From Hypanus sabinus (lineage: Eukaryota): a DNA stretch of 64,000 nt. Position numbers and translations under genes: made by a program. The stretch's first letter is position 1. The number at the start of each line of letters is the position of its first letter. The notes under the pieces are model-generated. The model saw only the letters and a program-made list of their open reading frames with translations. It was not told where the DNA came from and did not search any database. The stretch covers positions 89,528,001-89,592,000 of the forward strand of contig NC_082718.1 in the NCBI RefSeq assembly GCF_030144855.1, read 5' to 3'. Below are positions 1-13,830 of this stretch, piece after piece.

Positions 1-169
1 ACTTTTTAACCAACTTAGCTCCTAATCCAACCCTATCCACCTTAGTGATTCAGATATATATTAGGCTCTAATTTGAGCTGCTTGATCTAAACCAACATTC
101 TAGTACAGTGCAGCACAATTTTGAATAATGAAACAAAAGGCAATGTTTCTTTAGGAGAAAATAAAAAGA

Positions 170-890
170 CAGAAGGCCAGGGCACAGATGTGCGATGTCC
201 ACGAACCAGGCTGGGCAGTCCAACCAGATGACAGGTCGGCTCTCCAGCTTGAATTATGACTGGTGAACCCCTAACAACTCAAGGTCAATAAGGTGTCCGT
301 GGGCTCTATAGCCAGGGTTCCACATGGGCAGGAGGAATGAGATCCGATGTTCCCCCCACCCCCTCAGGTTCACAAATCAATGGGACGAAGCTCAAGGCCT
401 AGTGTCTGGGATTCCAACATCGGCGAACCCAGAATCGCTGCCTAGTGCTCAGTGATCAGCGGGTCCTTGGGTCGATGCAGAAGATCGAGACCCGTTGCGA
501 AATCGGAAGACCGGGAGCCGAGGCCTTTTGGCCAGAGCCCTGAGTCTGCAAATCTCTGTAAATCCACTGAGTAAGTTGAAACCCAACGCTCGTAAACCAA
601 AGACAGAGTCGACTGGAGGCCAGAGGCCGAGGAAGATGGCCTGTCCTGGGGTTAAGAGCACTGTGTACGTGTGTGAATGGGAGGGAGTAAAGGGGCTGGT
701 TTTGTTGCTCGTTGCAATCTGCTTCGTTGGGTTCTGCCGAGCATCGTGGGCATGCTACGTTGACAGCAGAATGCGTGACGACACTTGTGGGCTGCCCCAG
801 CACATCCTCACGTGTGCTGGTTGCTAATGCAGATGGTGCATTTCCCTGCATGTTTTGATGTACACCTGATAATTAAACTTGAACCTTGAA
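170..890 (+). mobile_element. Unclassified non-autonomous retroposon
   Basis: GC-richer body. The 3' part (ggggctggttttgttg..ctgccgagcatcgtgggcatgctacgttg..gatgtacacctgataattaaa, cttgaa-type tail) recurs at 16270-16430, 12660-12810 and 50280-50400. Confidence 0.6.
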
Positions 891-1999
891 AGCCCTTGGC
901 ACTAATCAAAGGAAAATTTATTTCGTTGGCCAACATTTCTCCCTGAATTCATACTACCACTGACCAGATCTGATGGCTATTCACTTCAATATTTTTGATA
1001 ATTGTATTCGACAAGGATTATGAGCATTTGTGCCCAATTAAATGGTGATTCGGAAAAGGTTTCCCCATGCAAAAAAAAATGTTGCAAGCGAAATAAATCA
1101 ATATGATTATCTGGCTCAGGGAACTTTCTAGAAAAGAAGAAATTGAGATGATGATCCAGAACAAAATGTCTCCCATTCGAATTGTTCAGTGTACAAAAAA
1201 GCACATAATAGTATTAAAGAAATACAATCTAGTCTCGGTTTTTCCAAGAGCTCTGTATATTGTCAGACCGACAGGCTGGAATGCCAGCTGCAAATAAAAT
1301 ACGAAAGCAAATTCATCCATCTTAAAATCTCAAAAAATAAATAGATCAGAGACTGTAGTATTTCCAAAGATTATTCATTTTGTTCAGCCTTATTGATTTA
1401 TTAAAAAGAAAGAGGTTCATGTAGCATTAATAAGAGCAAGATATTTATTGAAGCAGTGATGTAATAGGTGAAGAATGTGTGTTATATAGTTCAGGTGCCA
1501 TTACACCATGCGGTGAAAACAGATTAATAGTGTTAGATAAATCCCCCGAGACTTATTAATATCCATAAGATTAACTACACAGTTATGGATGAGATGTCAC
1601 TGCTGAATTGAAGGTGTTTATATGAAGTGCATGTTAAACAATATCAATTGCCTTACAGTCTACATTTTGGTATTAATACCCCAATTGGAAAAAGTGCTAA
1701 ATTGAGAGATGTGCTTTTGCACAAAAGAAGTTTAACAAGCAACATCATCACTTTATGAAAAAGCAGCGCATTGCTTTTATGCTGAAAATATGTAAACTTT
1801 CCCCCTTCGGGACAAATAACTATTTCTTCACCACAGAAGCATGTAAACCTTATTTTTAAATGAAACGGGCCACCGAATAAATCATAATATTTGCACTCGA
1901 CTTCATTAATCAAATAATTTGCTACAAATCAACATTTTGTTTACATTACACTATTGTTTTGGGACCTGCTTTTATTAATTAATCATGAAACCAAATGTT

Positions 2000-2955
2000 T
2001 CTTTTAAAAAAACTATTTTTAATGGATATAAACAATTTACAAAAATATACATATATTATATAAAATATATATTACACACACATATACATACACACACATA
2101 AATCAAATGAAGATAACTCAGCCAGTTTTTCAATGTACCCACTGACATTAAGAATCTTCCCAAGAGTATTGTGGTTCTTCAAAAAAAAACAAAAGAGACC
2201 AATATAAAATGTAAACACACAGGTGGGATCAAAGATTTAAAATAAAATTTAAGTACAAGGGAGAGGTCATCTATTTGTGGCTTCAGTTTATATTTTATTA
2301 TGCAGTTATAATGGTCAACAATCTGCCCCGATGCTCTGTCAGTCTTCAATATTGTATCATTACTTGAAAACACTTGCGATTTGATACAAGGCATTCTCAA
2401 AATTTTCCAGATGAAACTTTTTCCTCTGTAAATCTATTTATCCAAAATTACTATCTTAGAAATTCCATCCTCTTCCACGTTTACACAGCTGCTATTTTTT
2501 TTCTCCAGAGCTAGAACATGTGTTAAATTTTTATTCAGTATTGCTTATAAATGGCTATTCTTTTTACCAAATGTCATCAGCCAAGTTGTGGTTTTGTTGA
2601 AGGTAATACAGTATTACTCCTTTCTCTTCCTATTTTCACTTCTATTAGTGAAGCTTGAACGTTTATACTAGTGGGTATTCCATTTGCCAGAACAATTACA
2701 GTATGACAAATGGCACATCAATGTAATCCATCTCTTAGCCCTTGACAGGAAACCTATACACAGGACTGCCATTAATTCCTGTCTGGATTCTCAGGGGTAC
2801 CATGTGTTAGTAACCATGACAACAAGTAGGCCGCCTGGTGAGGATGCCACCTCTGTGTGAAGGATGGGCACATTATTGCCGCATTGGAATTTAACCCCTG
2901 ACACTTGGGCCTTTACTTACTCTTACTCAGAGTTACAGTCGCGAGTGATCCAATC
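2000..2955 (-). other. Possible terminal exon/3' UTR of an unidentified minus-strand gene
   Basis: U-rich minus strand with ATTAAA at 2018-2023 followed by U-rich sequence. Long polypyrimidine tract before an atypical GAG acceptor at 2956-2958. Confidence 0.35.
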
Positions 2956-4009
2956 CTCGCACAAAGGGAGGAGGACAAAGACAATCAAAACAAACAGCAA
3001 GCTCGTGAAGTAATGCTTTATGATAATCCCTCATGGACTATAGTAGCATTTGTAAACGTTTGTGTATTGCACACAAGAGAGATTATTAAGATAGCACGTC
3101 TGCCTCAGCACCAGCAATAACAATGCCGGTATTCCATTCCACAGCTTAAAAATTCATTTGCTTCCATTTCACCTCCTCGTTTCTGAAGTCAGGAACCTTC
3201 TAAAAATAACCCGAGTTCTGCAGACAGCCAGGTAGGACGTTTACCTGCAAGAAAATTGACAACTTTCCAATTTCTGGCAATGAGGGCCAGCAACAGACAC
3301 TCCCTCAGCAGGTGCAGCGCAGTTAGATTCAGAGTACAGATGTTCCATTCTTTCCTAGCACAGGGGGAGGCCTGAGTGACGACTAGGTGTATCAAATATT
3401 ATAAATGTTCATGTTTTTTAATTTTGTTCCACCTAGTCAATCAAGAAATGGCTTTTTATTTCATTAGGGATCAACACCGATGGTACTTCACAGTAGAGCA
3501 TTCGTGACAACCTGTATTTGGCTTTCATATTTTAACTGATCGATGACCTCGAGTAAGAAAATGTCTCATCACCTCTCCCTGGCTCTTCTAACTACCAAAA
3601 GTTCCATCATTAACATCTTAGCAGTCAGCAATGTCTCGGTGAATGGTCCCAAACCCAAAACACCAACTGTCCATTTTCCTCTGTAGCTGCCGCGTGACCC
3701 TCTGAATTCCTCCAGACTCTCGCACGCTGCTTCGTCAGCGTCTCGTTTCCCTTCTGACCAAAGCCAGCCAGACCAGTGACACAAACGACACGGCCCTGAG
3801 CGCAAGCGAAGGGGAGGCAAGCGCTGGAAGAAGCCTCGCCTCCCGGCACCCGAGAGCATTTCCACCGTTTGCAAAGTCAGAAGCACGGTGAATGCTTTCC
3901 ACTTCCAGCTCCAAAACTCATGACCCAAGACAAGACCACCCGGGGCTCCATGGTGAACACTGCTACACTGGCCCTGCGTGCACAAGACTGAAAGGCACAG
4001 GCGCAGAAT

Positions 4010-4310
4010 TAAGCCATCTGGCTCACTGAATCTGCTCTTCCATTCCATCATGACTGATTTGTCAGCCCTCTTAACCCCATTCTCCTGCCTTCTGCCCTTT
4101 TGATGCCTTTACAAATCAAGAACCCATCAACCTCCACTTTAAGTATACCCACTGCCTTGGACTCCCCAGGCACCTGTGGCAGTGAATTTCACAGACACAC
4201 CACCCTCTGGCTGAAGAAATTCCTCCTCATCTCCATTCTAAAGGGGTGCCCTTCTATTCTGAGACTGCACCATCTGGTGCTAGACCCCTCCACTACAGGA
4301 AACATCCATA
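4010..4310 (-). mobile_element. CR1 3' fragment
   Basis: caaatcaagaacccatcaacctcc..gaatttcacagacacaccaccctctggctgaagaaattcctcctcatctcc, as in 30400-30620. Confidence 0.85.
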
Positions 4311-5949
4311 CAAACACTCATTCTGAAAAATGCACAGCTGCAACCTTCTGAGCCATCTTCTACAAAAGCGCCTGCCAGACCTCCGCCATCTAAAAAGGGA
4401 AAGGTACCACAATTTGAGCTTATGTAGACAATTTATGCACAACTAGTCCTTCACAGTGCATTTTCCAGGGGAAATTTTTCACTGAGAGAAGTTGCAGTAG
4501 TTTTGCTCTGTATGGAGACAGCATTTTCTGTGAATTGACTTTGCCGCAAATCCTACATTGTGCCATCTGACTGGCTTAAGAACAAGTCTCCAAATGTGAA
4601 AACGTATCATTTCTGGGTCAAAAAATCCAAGAATTCCTTACCAGGCATGAGTGCACATTCACAGGGCTACAGATTTTTTTAAAAGTTCTTAGCTGTAAGT
4701 CACCAAGTTTCTAACAACCTAAGGGCTCACTGGAACTAGCTGAACTAAGCTCTGACACTTCCCCGTACATTCAATTCCAGTGTTGTTACACACCAAACTG
4801 CCAGCATTCCTTAATCAGTGCCATCAAGCTCCGGATTTCTGTGCGACAGCCAAAGACCTGACCTTGTCGGCCATGGTCCAGAGTTGGGCTTCAGATGAGA
4901 GTCCAGTTGTAGAGCACCGATTTCTAACCTTCCCCAACAGTTCCAGCATTACCTTACCACTCCGCTGGGTTTCACTACTTAGGGTTGGGAAGGTGTCCAG
5001 TATTAGCAATGGCTAGGTGCAAACACATGAAACTCACTCCCACAAACAAGCTCTCATCCAATCAAGAAAGAATTTTGATTGCCTCAATTGACGGCCAAGT
5101 TCCACAAAACCTTCTGAACTTGATTATACAGGGATTAAGTGCCCAGGGCTCTCTGGAATTGAAAGTGTTTACTGCCTAGGATGGGAACTGGTAGGAAAGG
5201 GAAAACAAAGGATAGAGGATGGGTCCCAGGCGCTGAAGATCGTTGGGGAGGGGGGGGGGAATAAATGAAAGATACATCGGGTACCTTGAGCTTTTTCTTA
5301 AAAATAGGGACTTTTATTTCTCCATGGGTAATTGAAGGTCAGACTGATTTGAAATTTAAATCCAAAAAGGCTTGTGATCCCTACCTTAACCTCCAACACT
5401 GAAAATTCCCCACACACTACACCGGAGTAAAAACTAATTTCCAACACCAGCACAGCTGTGACCTCTAAATAACAACGGCAAATTTAGTGCCTATCCCATC
5501 CTTCAAATTCAATAAATTATATTTTGAAGTGTGGTATACTATTGAGATGCCAGTTAAACATATTGAAATTATGTTTTGAATTAATCTTTTGGAAATCATT
5601 TTATAAAATATTATCAATACAATTCACATCATAAGAAAGCTTATCATTACAATATCAAATTAATCAAATCAAAAAAACACTCATTTGACCGAGATGGTCA
5701 TTTCCATCTTAATGCCAGACTCTCTCATGGTGATAACCTCCTGTGAGACACTCAGGATATTAGATTATGTTAGTTATTGCAAATGACAAGTAAACCACTG
5801 AAATATTCTTTCACTTCCTTCTGGCACTGAACTCACCCTTACACATCCTTCTTGCTTCTTGGTGTTTACCATTACCATTCAGCTGACCTCTCTGTTCCTG
5901 AGCCTTTAACAGAGCTGACCACGCCTCTCTATAGTAGCCAAAGTGCATG

Positions 5950-6790
5950 ATCTAGTCAGCTGACCAACAGAGAACTGTACACAGGCACTCCCTGACCTTC
6001 CCCACAACAGTACTGCTAATAACCTCTCTCCACCCGTACTGGATCTGGAGATTTCGGACTCTCGACATTCGGCATTGCAATTCAATCTCTATAGCATTGC
6101 CAAACTCTGCCCTGCTTGACTCACTCATTCCAGCATTACTGCCGATTTGACCAGTCCAGTGGACTTCTGACCGGCCCCCACTCGGTCTACCCTCTGCCAA
6201 TTTTCATACATTCAAAAGACCATGGCCAACGTCACGTCACAACCGCTATCTGACCTGGTCATCATTTCCCTAACTAAGCCAATTTTTGCGTTTTTGAAGT
6301 CGCTTCTTGACCTCAGCATTTTTCATCTTTGTAAACCTGTTCCAGCACATCTGCAAAAAAAAAAATCCATTCTAATTATCAGAACGTTGTGCAGCACCAT
6401 ACAGGCCCTTCTGCCCAAAATTTTGTGCTGACCTTTCAACATACTAAGATCAATCTAACCCTTCCCCCCACAACATACCTTCCATTTTTCTTCCATTCAC
6501 ATGCCCAAGAGTTTCTTAAAGTGTCACTAATATTTCCATTGCCCTCAAATTTAACTACTTCAGCAGTGATTTCTGCAACTTAAGGTTCCAAGGTTTTAAG
6601 CTGTGGAATCCTCTCGGTGTCTTGCTCCTCCTTTCAGATGATACTGAACACCTACCACTTTGCCAAGCCTACCAGCACCTGCTCCTCCATTACCTCATGG
6701 GGCCCAGCGTCAAATTCTCTTTTGAGAGCAGGCCTACGAATTGCCTTGCGACTTTTTAACCAAACTGCTGGATAAATATGTTGTTGTTTT
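5950..6790 (+). mobile_element. Ancient L2 LINE 3' remnant, with a small CR1 tail inserted near 6375-6530
   Basis: Degenerate IAKLCP..LDQSSGLLTG..IQKTMA..LSDL..LKSLLDL, and an L2-like end gccttgcgacttttta..ataaatatgttgttgtt. Confidence 0.6.
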
Positions 6791-8369
6791 TGGGCCACTC
6801 ACGCAGGTTGGTAAGGGCACTCTGGAGGTTTATCAACACTCTGTATCAGGCGAGGCTTTGAACCCTGAACAGGGCGGGGGTTGTCTCAGGGTGGAAGCAG
6901 TCACTGCGTGGGATGACCCAAGTTCCCCATTGGTCCCCAAGCAAATTTGGTGCCTTGTGCTCATTGTAAAATTGTTTTCGTCCTAACAGTTCAGGAGAAA
7001 ATAAAAAGCCACAACAGAAATCAACTTTTATTTGCAATAATGCAAGATCTTTAAAAAAAAATAATCCACAAATGCACCAATTTTACCACGTCTGCAGACC
7101 AAACCACACAAGCTTCTGAATTACCTGCCACCTCACTTGTCACAGCATATTTCTAAGGGTGCTTTGCAAAAACTTCAGCAGGAAAGACTAAACAATAGTT
7201 AGTCTTTGCAGTTGTGTCAAAAATTCTCCTCCTCCCCCCCCCCCCCCAAAAGACGCAGCATCTAGTGACTTCTGATGGCAGCAATTACTCTAGGGGCCTA
7301 CTACTGGTGGGCCCAGAAGAGCTGAACCAGGCTGACTCATTAATACGCTGCTGAGGAAGATGTTGTTCAATGATGGCGATAGACAGCTTCACCGACTGAA
7401 TCAAATTCTTGTTAAAAGCACCTATCGTCAAAACGCGAATAAAATAAATCAGCCAGCAGCATAACTAGAGGACGTGTCAGGGCCAGCACCGAGGTGTAAT
7501 AAATTATCTTCACAAGCGAAGCTGATCGGATAACTCACAAGCAAATACGTACGTCTGGTTGATTGAGAATTACATGGATAGAATCTGGCAAAAGTGTTAA
7601 GCTATCAAAGAAACGTTAAGACTTTAGAATACTGAAACATTGGGCTCTAAACTGTACAATGAAATACATTAGCCATTGTACAGTGAGCAGATATTGGAGT
7701 ATGTGTACTTAAAATCTGCACTATAAAACAACAGTAGTGCCATATTGGGCTCATATTGTTTATTATTAGCTTACACTGACAATTCCACAATTTTGAGAAT
7801 CATTCCGGTTAATAGGAATTTGTATTTCTATTAACTTTTACAATTTTTTTTTAAAAAAACAAGAATCATACCAACAACAACACTGAATTAAAAGTGAAAA
7901 AAACCTCTGCCTGCGTCTCGCCCGCTCTACTCGGCATCGTTTACAATCTGCAACTTGGTGTCACCGGGGGAGGGGGGGGGTACCTGAAGACTAATCAAGA
8001 CCAGACCCAAGAAAATTGAATTCATGCAGTTGCCATTGGATCTAACTCATCACATAACGTTGATTTAAGCAGTTACCCACTGAACGGGGTCCAGGTGCTC
8101 TAAAGGCAGCTGCTCTGAAAGATGGGCCCAGTTTTCCAGTTCAGAAAAGACCAAAAAACCCCTCAAACTTCAATAAAAATTGTTTAAATTTCTTTAATTG
8201 TGCATTTTCCGCCAGGGGTATTACCCCTAAAGAGAAGTTTTTCTCCAGCACTTTACAACAGGAAAGAATGAATGGATGGGTTAATTCACTACCACCCTGA
8301 GAAATGACTCGTTAAGGCAGAATTTACTGAAGGACTTTAAAAGCTGCGTTCCTCAAAATGAACATTTAC

Positions 8370-8415
8370 CTTTCTCCTGTACTCGATGGAGGTCAGACTG
8401 GTGCTTCAAGGAAAG
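8370..8415 (-). CDS. Candidate internal exon, product unknown
   Basis: gttgctcttcag|..AAG|gtaaat; LSLKHQSDLHRVQEK; phase-compatible with 10201-10427. Confidence 0.2.
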
Positions 8416-8519
8416 CTGAAGAGCAACGATTTAAAATGGCACAACTGACAAAACGAAGAATGCAACCGGACTGATGACATTTTCTCTTGTAAAATTTATG
8501 GTAAACGATCGCCACAAGC

Positions 8520-9155
8520 AAGGGAGACACAAATGAAGGCAAGGTTGAGTCGAGGCAAGCTCGAGCAAAGCGGAGCAGAGGTGGAGTCGATGCCAGTCCA
8601 CCTAAACAGAAAGCGAGGTTAAGCGACAGGCCGATTTGGAAAGTTCGGGTACTTGGCGGTGGGGTCCAGGCCCAGAGCGTATCGATGTGACAGGGCCTCG
8701 GTCCCAGTTCGACAGACGACCTGACGTTTGGACAAGTTAAACGCCTGGCCAGATAGATTGAAAAGGCAGGGTGTCGGGACAAGAGGCAAGAGTCAGACGG
8801 TTCTGCTCATTACTCTGTGGCATCTACTCAGGTCTGCGCTGAACTGAGAAGGAGGCTGTGGCCTGCTCCAAACTCTGTGCCTGAGGTGTCCATGATGTTT
8901 ACAGGGCTCTGTGCTGAACTCAGCCCTGCTCCAGGCTTCAGGCCTAAGGACTCCCTTTTGTTCTGAATGCTAACACTGTTATTGATTACATGATATTTTT
9001 CCCCTCTCTCTTCCTCCCCCCTCCCCACACACACACAAGGTGTCTGACTGACTATTTTGTGGGTTCTTTGATTTGCGGCTGCCTGTAAGGAGACGAGTCT
9101 CAAGTCTGCATAAAGTATACATACTTTAATAATAAATGTACCTTGAACTTTGAAA
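8520..9155 (+). mobile_element. Unclassified retroposon with Rex-type 3' tail
   Basis: CpG-rich head; ends tctcaag..atactttaataataaatgtaccttgaactttgaa, like the Rex tails at 31810-31852 and 53690-53725. Confidence 0.6.
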
Positions 9156-10200
9156 TTAACATTGTTAGTTTGAAAAGCTACAGTCAGAGATGATCAAAAG
9201 CAGGAAATAATTTTTCAGCCCACCTACTTTAGGATATGAAGGCAGAAAAACATGCAGAACTATTTCTTTGAAATTTAATCTGGAGGGCAGCCAAACTTTT
9301 AATTTTCTCCTGCGACTTTAAATCTCAAGTATTGTTCACCTGCTGTAATGTAGCCCTCTGACAACACACGCCAACTTTCATAAATTTATAGAAATTGAGC
9401 TGGAAAGATACTTGAGCATTTTATAGAGATGCAAATGACAGCCAGAGGGCTGGTGGCTGTTGAGTCGAGTGGCTCCAATAGGCTTTGAGCTTCCTCACGT
9501 TTGTGGCATTCACATGGGACCGTGGAAAGTCTCCTACAACTCACCCTGACCGTCATATATTCTGCACATTAACCAAGGTCACATAAACCTGCCACCTCAC
9601 TATATTAATGCACACACTGCCAGCTATATTTCCACCACAAACACAGAGCAAGGCTATTGGGTAATTTGGAACCTGAAGGGAGAGGTCATTTGAAGGTTAT
9701 ATTTACTTCCATATTTGCCTACATTCTGGAGAAGTGAGTCCATTTTAAGGGCTGTTAAATTTCATTACATTTTCAGTCTATTACTAAATAAAATTGGCAA
9801 ACCTGTTTAATTGGCTTTGGTAACTTGTACCTTAGCTTAGAGTGTATAAAGCCTTACACACCCCCAGTCAGTGCTTACATAAGCACTGTACAATGCATGC
9901 AGGCATTCCCAGAGAGAAAAAAATCCACTGCTCACTTCCGAGTTAAGCACCTTTGAATGAAGCTATTGTTATGCCTGCAGTTCATAGAGATCACACGGGG
10001 TTCCAATGCCCAGTCACAACAGCAAGCTGTAGGCTACTGGCCCAGAGGAATAGTCCTTCAGATGTTGACCAGTTCATGTTCCAACGACGACCCCAAGCTC
10101 CAGACAGCCTGTAATTAAGTTCGTTCTCGCTATGAAGCCAGACGCTGTTCTTACTGGATCACTCCATGTCTTCAGGTGCTTAGTGCACACAGATACTTAC

Positions 10201-10427
10201 ATACTGCCCGTTAAGCAACAATGAAGGTCCCTGCACCTCTGGCAGTGTTCCAGGCTTCCTCTGCTTTTCACTGCCGTCAGTCACGCAAGTCCCGGGTAGA
10301 GGCTCAGGAATACCGTCGCACTCGGATTGTAGAGCATTCTCCATTTGCCGTTCCCTTAATTTTGTTTTACCAGTCTGGGTTGCCAGCCCTGAGCCAAACC
10401 CCTGAACTCTGACCTCTACCATTTGAC
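10201..10427 (-). CDS. Candidate internal exon, product unknown
   Basis: ttccaccatgccatacag| ... |gtaagt; 227 nt open in one frame (QMVEVRVQG..LLLNGQY). No recognisable homology. Confidence 0.25.
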
Positions 10428-10704
10428 CTGTATGGCATGGTGGAAAGCACAAGTACTGGCAAAATGTCTCCTCGTACTCTGCCCCCAGAAACCTTAAGTG
10501 AGCAGAACAATTTGACAGATGCCTTTATGATGTCACCAAAGGAGGTGTATCACCAATTCATTGCATACTTTAGTCCTGATTTTAAGTGCAAGGTTCCCAA
10601 ATTTGCTTTAAAAACATTTTACATTGATGCCATAATTTACTTGACAATTCCCCCACACTCAAGCCCACACTACCCTCTAATTAAGAAAACTGAACCCTCT
10701 AATT

Positions 10705-10808
10705 TCAGTTGACAACGCGGAGGGTCCGCTGCATTGTTGAAGTGGTGTGTTTTCGATGATACAGCAAACTAAGGCTTGTCTATCTTGTTCAGGTGAATTT
10801 AGATCAGA
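10705..10808 (+). mobile_element. Ancient DeuSINE (SacSINE1/AmnSINE1-like) remnant
   Basis: gagggtccgctgcattgttgaagtggtgtgttttcgatgatac..aaactaaggc..gtct..tcaggtg matches the recalled Deu-domain consensus loosely. Weaker remnants near 890-1000 and 43840-44130. Confidence 0.5.
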
Positions 10809-11138
10809 GCTCACACATCACCTTCTCAGCAGGCTGGCCTGGGATCGTTCACTGCAAGTGTTTCACCAGAGCAGCTGAAGTGAAATGCATCCTTAAAAAA
10901 AAGGGGAGTATGCAATGGCTCAGTGTGTGAGCACACCACACAGCCAACTACTGGGCATTTCAAGACTTTGTAGGTCTGGCTCAGATTTAAATCCACAGGT
11001 TAGTGATCCCATGAGAACCAGACCTAATGATTTGCAGAAAGACATGCAAATCTCAGCACCCAGTCTTTTTGTGTTCCATCTAAAAAAAAACGTTTGCACT
11101 ATTCGGGGTCTCTGATGTTGTTTCTTCCCTGAATTTCA

Positions 11139-11427
11139 GGGGCGCCCGAGTAGTGTAGGGTTAGTGCAACTCTAATACAGCTTGAGGCTTTGGAGTTCAG
11201 AGTTCAAAGCTCAATTCCATCACTAACTATATGGAGTTTTTACTTTCTCCCCATGACACTGTGAGTTTCCTCCGGGTGCTCTGGTGTCCTCCCACAGTCC
11301 AAAGACATATCAGTTAGTAGGTTCATTGGTCATTGTAAATTGTTCTGTGATTAGGTGAGGGTTAGGTGGGTTTCTAGGCACCATGGCTCACTAGGCCCGA
11401 AGAGCCTGTTCCATCTCTTAATAAATA
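11139..11427 (+). mobile_element. V-SINE (HE1-like)
   Basis: tRNA-like head; V domain ggagttt..ttctccccatgac..gtttcctccgggtgctctggtgtcctcccacagtccaaagac. Confidence 0.85.
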
Positions 11428-12544
11428 TTTTACCAGTCCTGAAGTTTGTTATTGAATTTATAATTCTCACAAATATTATAGCAATTTTTTTTAAATCAAA
11501 GAACTGCTGATGCTGGAAATCTGAAATAAAATCAGAAATGCAGGAAATACTGTGGGTCGGACAGTATGTGCGGTAAACAAAAATGGAGTTAACAGCTTAA
11601 GGGTAGGACGATTTGAGAGAACAAGAGTAAAAACAATTAATTTATGATGCAGAGAGGGTGGAGGAATGGATAGAGCAAGGAGATAGCTGTGACAGGGCAA
11701 GGCCAGGTTGCCACGGTCATCTCCCTGTTTTCAGAGCCACGAGATGGGTTAATGAGGGCGGCTGAAGAAAGCAAGATCAAAAGGGGGATGTGTTACGAAT
11801 ATGAACTGTAAGACTCTCTGTGACCCGAGACCCGGGGGGTGGGGGGGTGGGGAGAGAGATGCAGAAGGTGTGCAGTATCTGTGAGGAGGGGAAATGCTAA
11901 GTTCATGATCCAGATGGATGACCTTGCAGCAAAAGTGACAATCCTGACAGAAGGAGGGTCATCATATATTGTTGAATTTTATATCACGTCCAGGCTGCTA
12001 CAATACAGTGCAGCCTTTGGGACACATGATATCAATTTCAGCAATTTGAGATAATTCTTCAATATCAGATTCAACAATGTCAGTTTGAGGGGAGGTCCCC
12101 CAAAAAGATGAGGAGTCGTCCTTCAAGCTGATGTCAGGTCTTGTTGGAGGAGAAGGCAGATTGATAGTGAGATGGAGAACTGAGGTGACTAGCTGCTGGA
12201 AACACTGAGTCACCACTATTGTTTGAGTTCCAGGATTCCAAAAGCAACCCCCTCCCCCCAAGCACAATCTGCAGATTCTCCAACACTGAGGAAACCACTT
12301 TGTAGATAACGATGATCATTAAATTGTCTATAAAGATTGAACGAAGTGCTAGTGATTCTGGAAGGGCACCTCGAGCAACTGAATGATGGGAAAGTTAGAG
12401 ATGGCAGTGTAACATCTCCTGCAACCGCATGGGAAATTGAAAAGAGAGGGAGCAGGCGAGGAAGCCATGATCAAAACCATCCTTTCAGAATGCAGGCAGA
12501 AAGAGTGGACCAAGGGGGCCTCTAACCTGGCTCTGTCTGCTTTC

Positions 12545-12812
12545 AGCTGGCCTAATGCTCTACAGCATCAGCGATCTCGGTTCAATTCCCAGCACTGGCT
12601 GGGGGGAGTTTGTACGATCTAGTCTCCTCCCACATTCCAAAGACGTGCTGATTAGAGTAGGAAGTTATGGGTTATGCTATGTCAGCGATGGAAATGCAAC
12701 GTCACCCGTGGGCTGTACCAGACACATCTTCAGACAGCGTTGCTTGCTGATGCAAACAACGCATTTCACCGGGTATTTTGATATTTCAATGTACATGTGA
12801 AGGTAATCTAAA
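12545..12812 (+). mobile_element. V-SINE variant
   Basis: ggttcaattccc box B; ggagtttgtacg..ctcccacattccaaagacg; tail gcatttcac..tcaatgtacatgtga. Confidence 0.75.
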
Positions 12813-13146
12813 AATAGGGTGGGAGCTGAGGTACAGGAAATAGATGAAGTAAACTGCTTCTCAGCACCTGAAAGCTGACCCATTTTCTCATCTTTCCAGA
12901 TCTGATGCCAATACTAGCTGCTCCTCTCCCCACAGAGGCTCCCTGGCCCAAGTGCGTCCAGCATCTATTTTTTTTATTTCAAACATTACAGTCGGCAGTT
13001 ATACCACCACAGTGCTCAAGTCCACACAGGATGATGCCGACACGTTAGTGAGACATCAGGTTGGGCTGTGTTCAATGACCTTACATCTTTGACAAATGAG
13101 AACAGATTCTCAAAAGAGATCTGACAGTAAACCAACTGACAAACGT

Positions 13147-13830
13147 TCAGAATCAGGTTTAATATCACCAGCATTGGTCGTGAAATTTGTTAACTTTGTA
13201 GCAGCAGTAAAATGCAATATGTAAATCGAGAAAAAAATCCGGGATTACAGTAAATGTATATAAAAATTAAATAGTTAAATTAAATTAGTGCAAAAATATA
13301 AATATAAAAAATTAGTGAGGTAGTGTTCATGGGTTCAACGTCCATTCAGAAATATAATGGCAGAGGGGAAGAAGCTGCTCCTGAATCACTGAGTGTGTGT
13401 CTTCAGGCTTCTGTACCTCCTACCTGATGGTAGCAATGAGAACAAGGCGTGACCTTGGCAATGAGGGTCCTTGATGATGGACGTCGCCATTTTGAGGCAT
13501 AAACTCTTGAAGATATCCTGGATACTACAGAGGATATTACCCATGATAGAGCCAAGTTTAAAACTCTTTGCAGCTTATTTCAATTAGAATTCTCTCCATG
13601 GTTCATCTGTAGAAAGATTCAAGTGTTTTGGTGACCTACCAATCTTCTATAACTCCTAATGAAATACAACTGCCACCATGCCCTCTTCGTAGCTGCACTG
13701 GTATGTTGGGTCCAGTATGGATCACCAGAGATATTGACACCCAGGAACCTGAAATTTCTCACTCTTTTCACTCTGATCCCTCTGTGAGTGAGGGTGTGTA
13801 TTCCCTCATCTTACCCCTCTCTGAAGCCCA
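13147..13830 (-). mobile_element. Rex1-type LINE 3' fragment
   Basis: tcagaatcaggtttaatatcac tail; cttcaggcttctgtacctcctacctgatgg; tcagagatattgacacccaggaac-like segment. Confidence 0.85.

Noticed and set aside
11998-12267. Acidic 89 aa ORF
   Set aside because: No splice context or recognisable domain; probably antisense of decayed repeat sequence.
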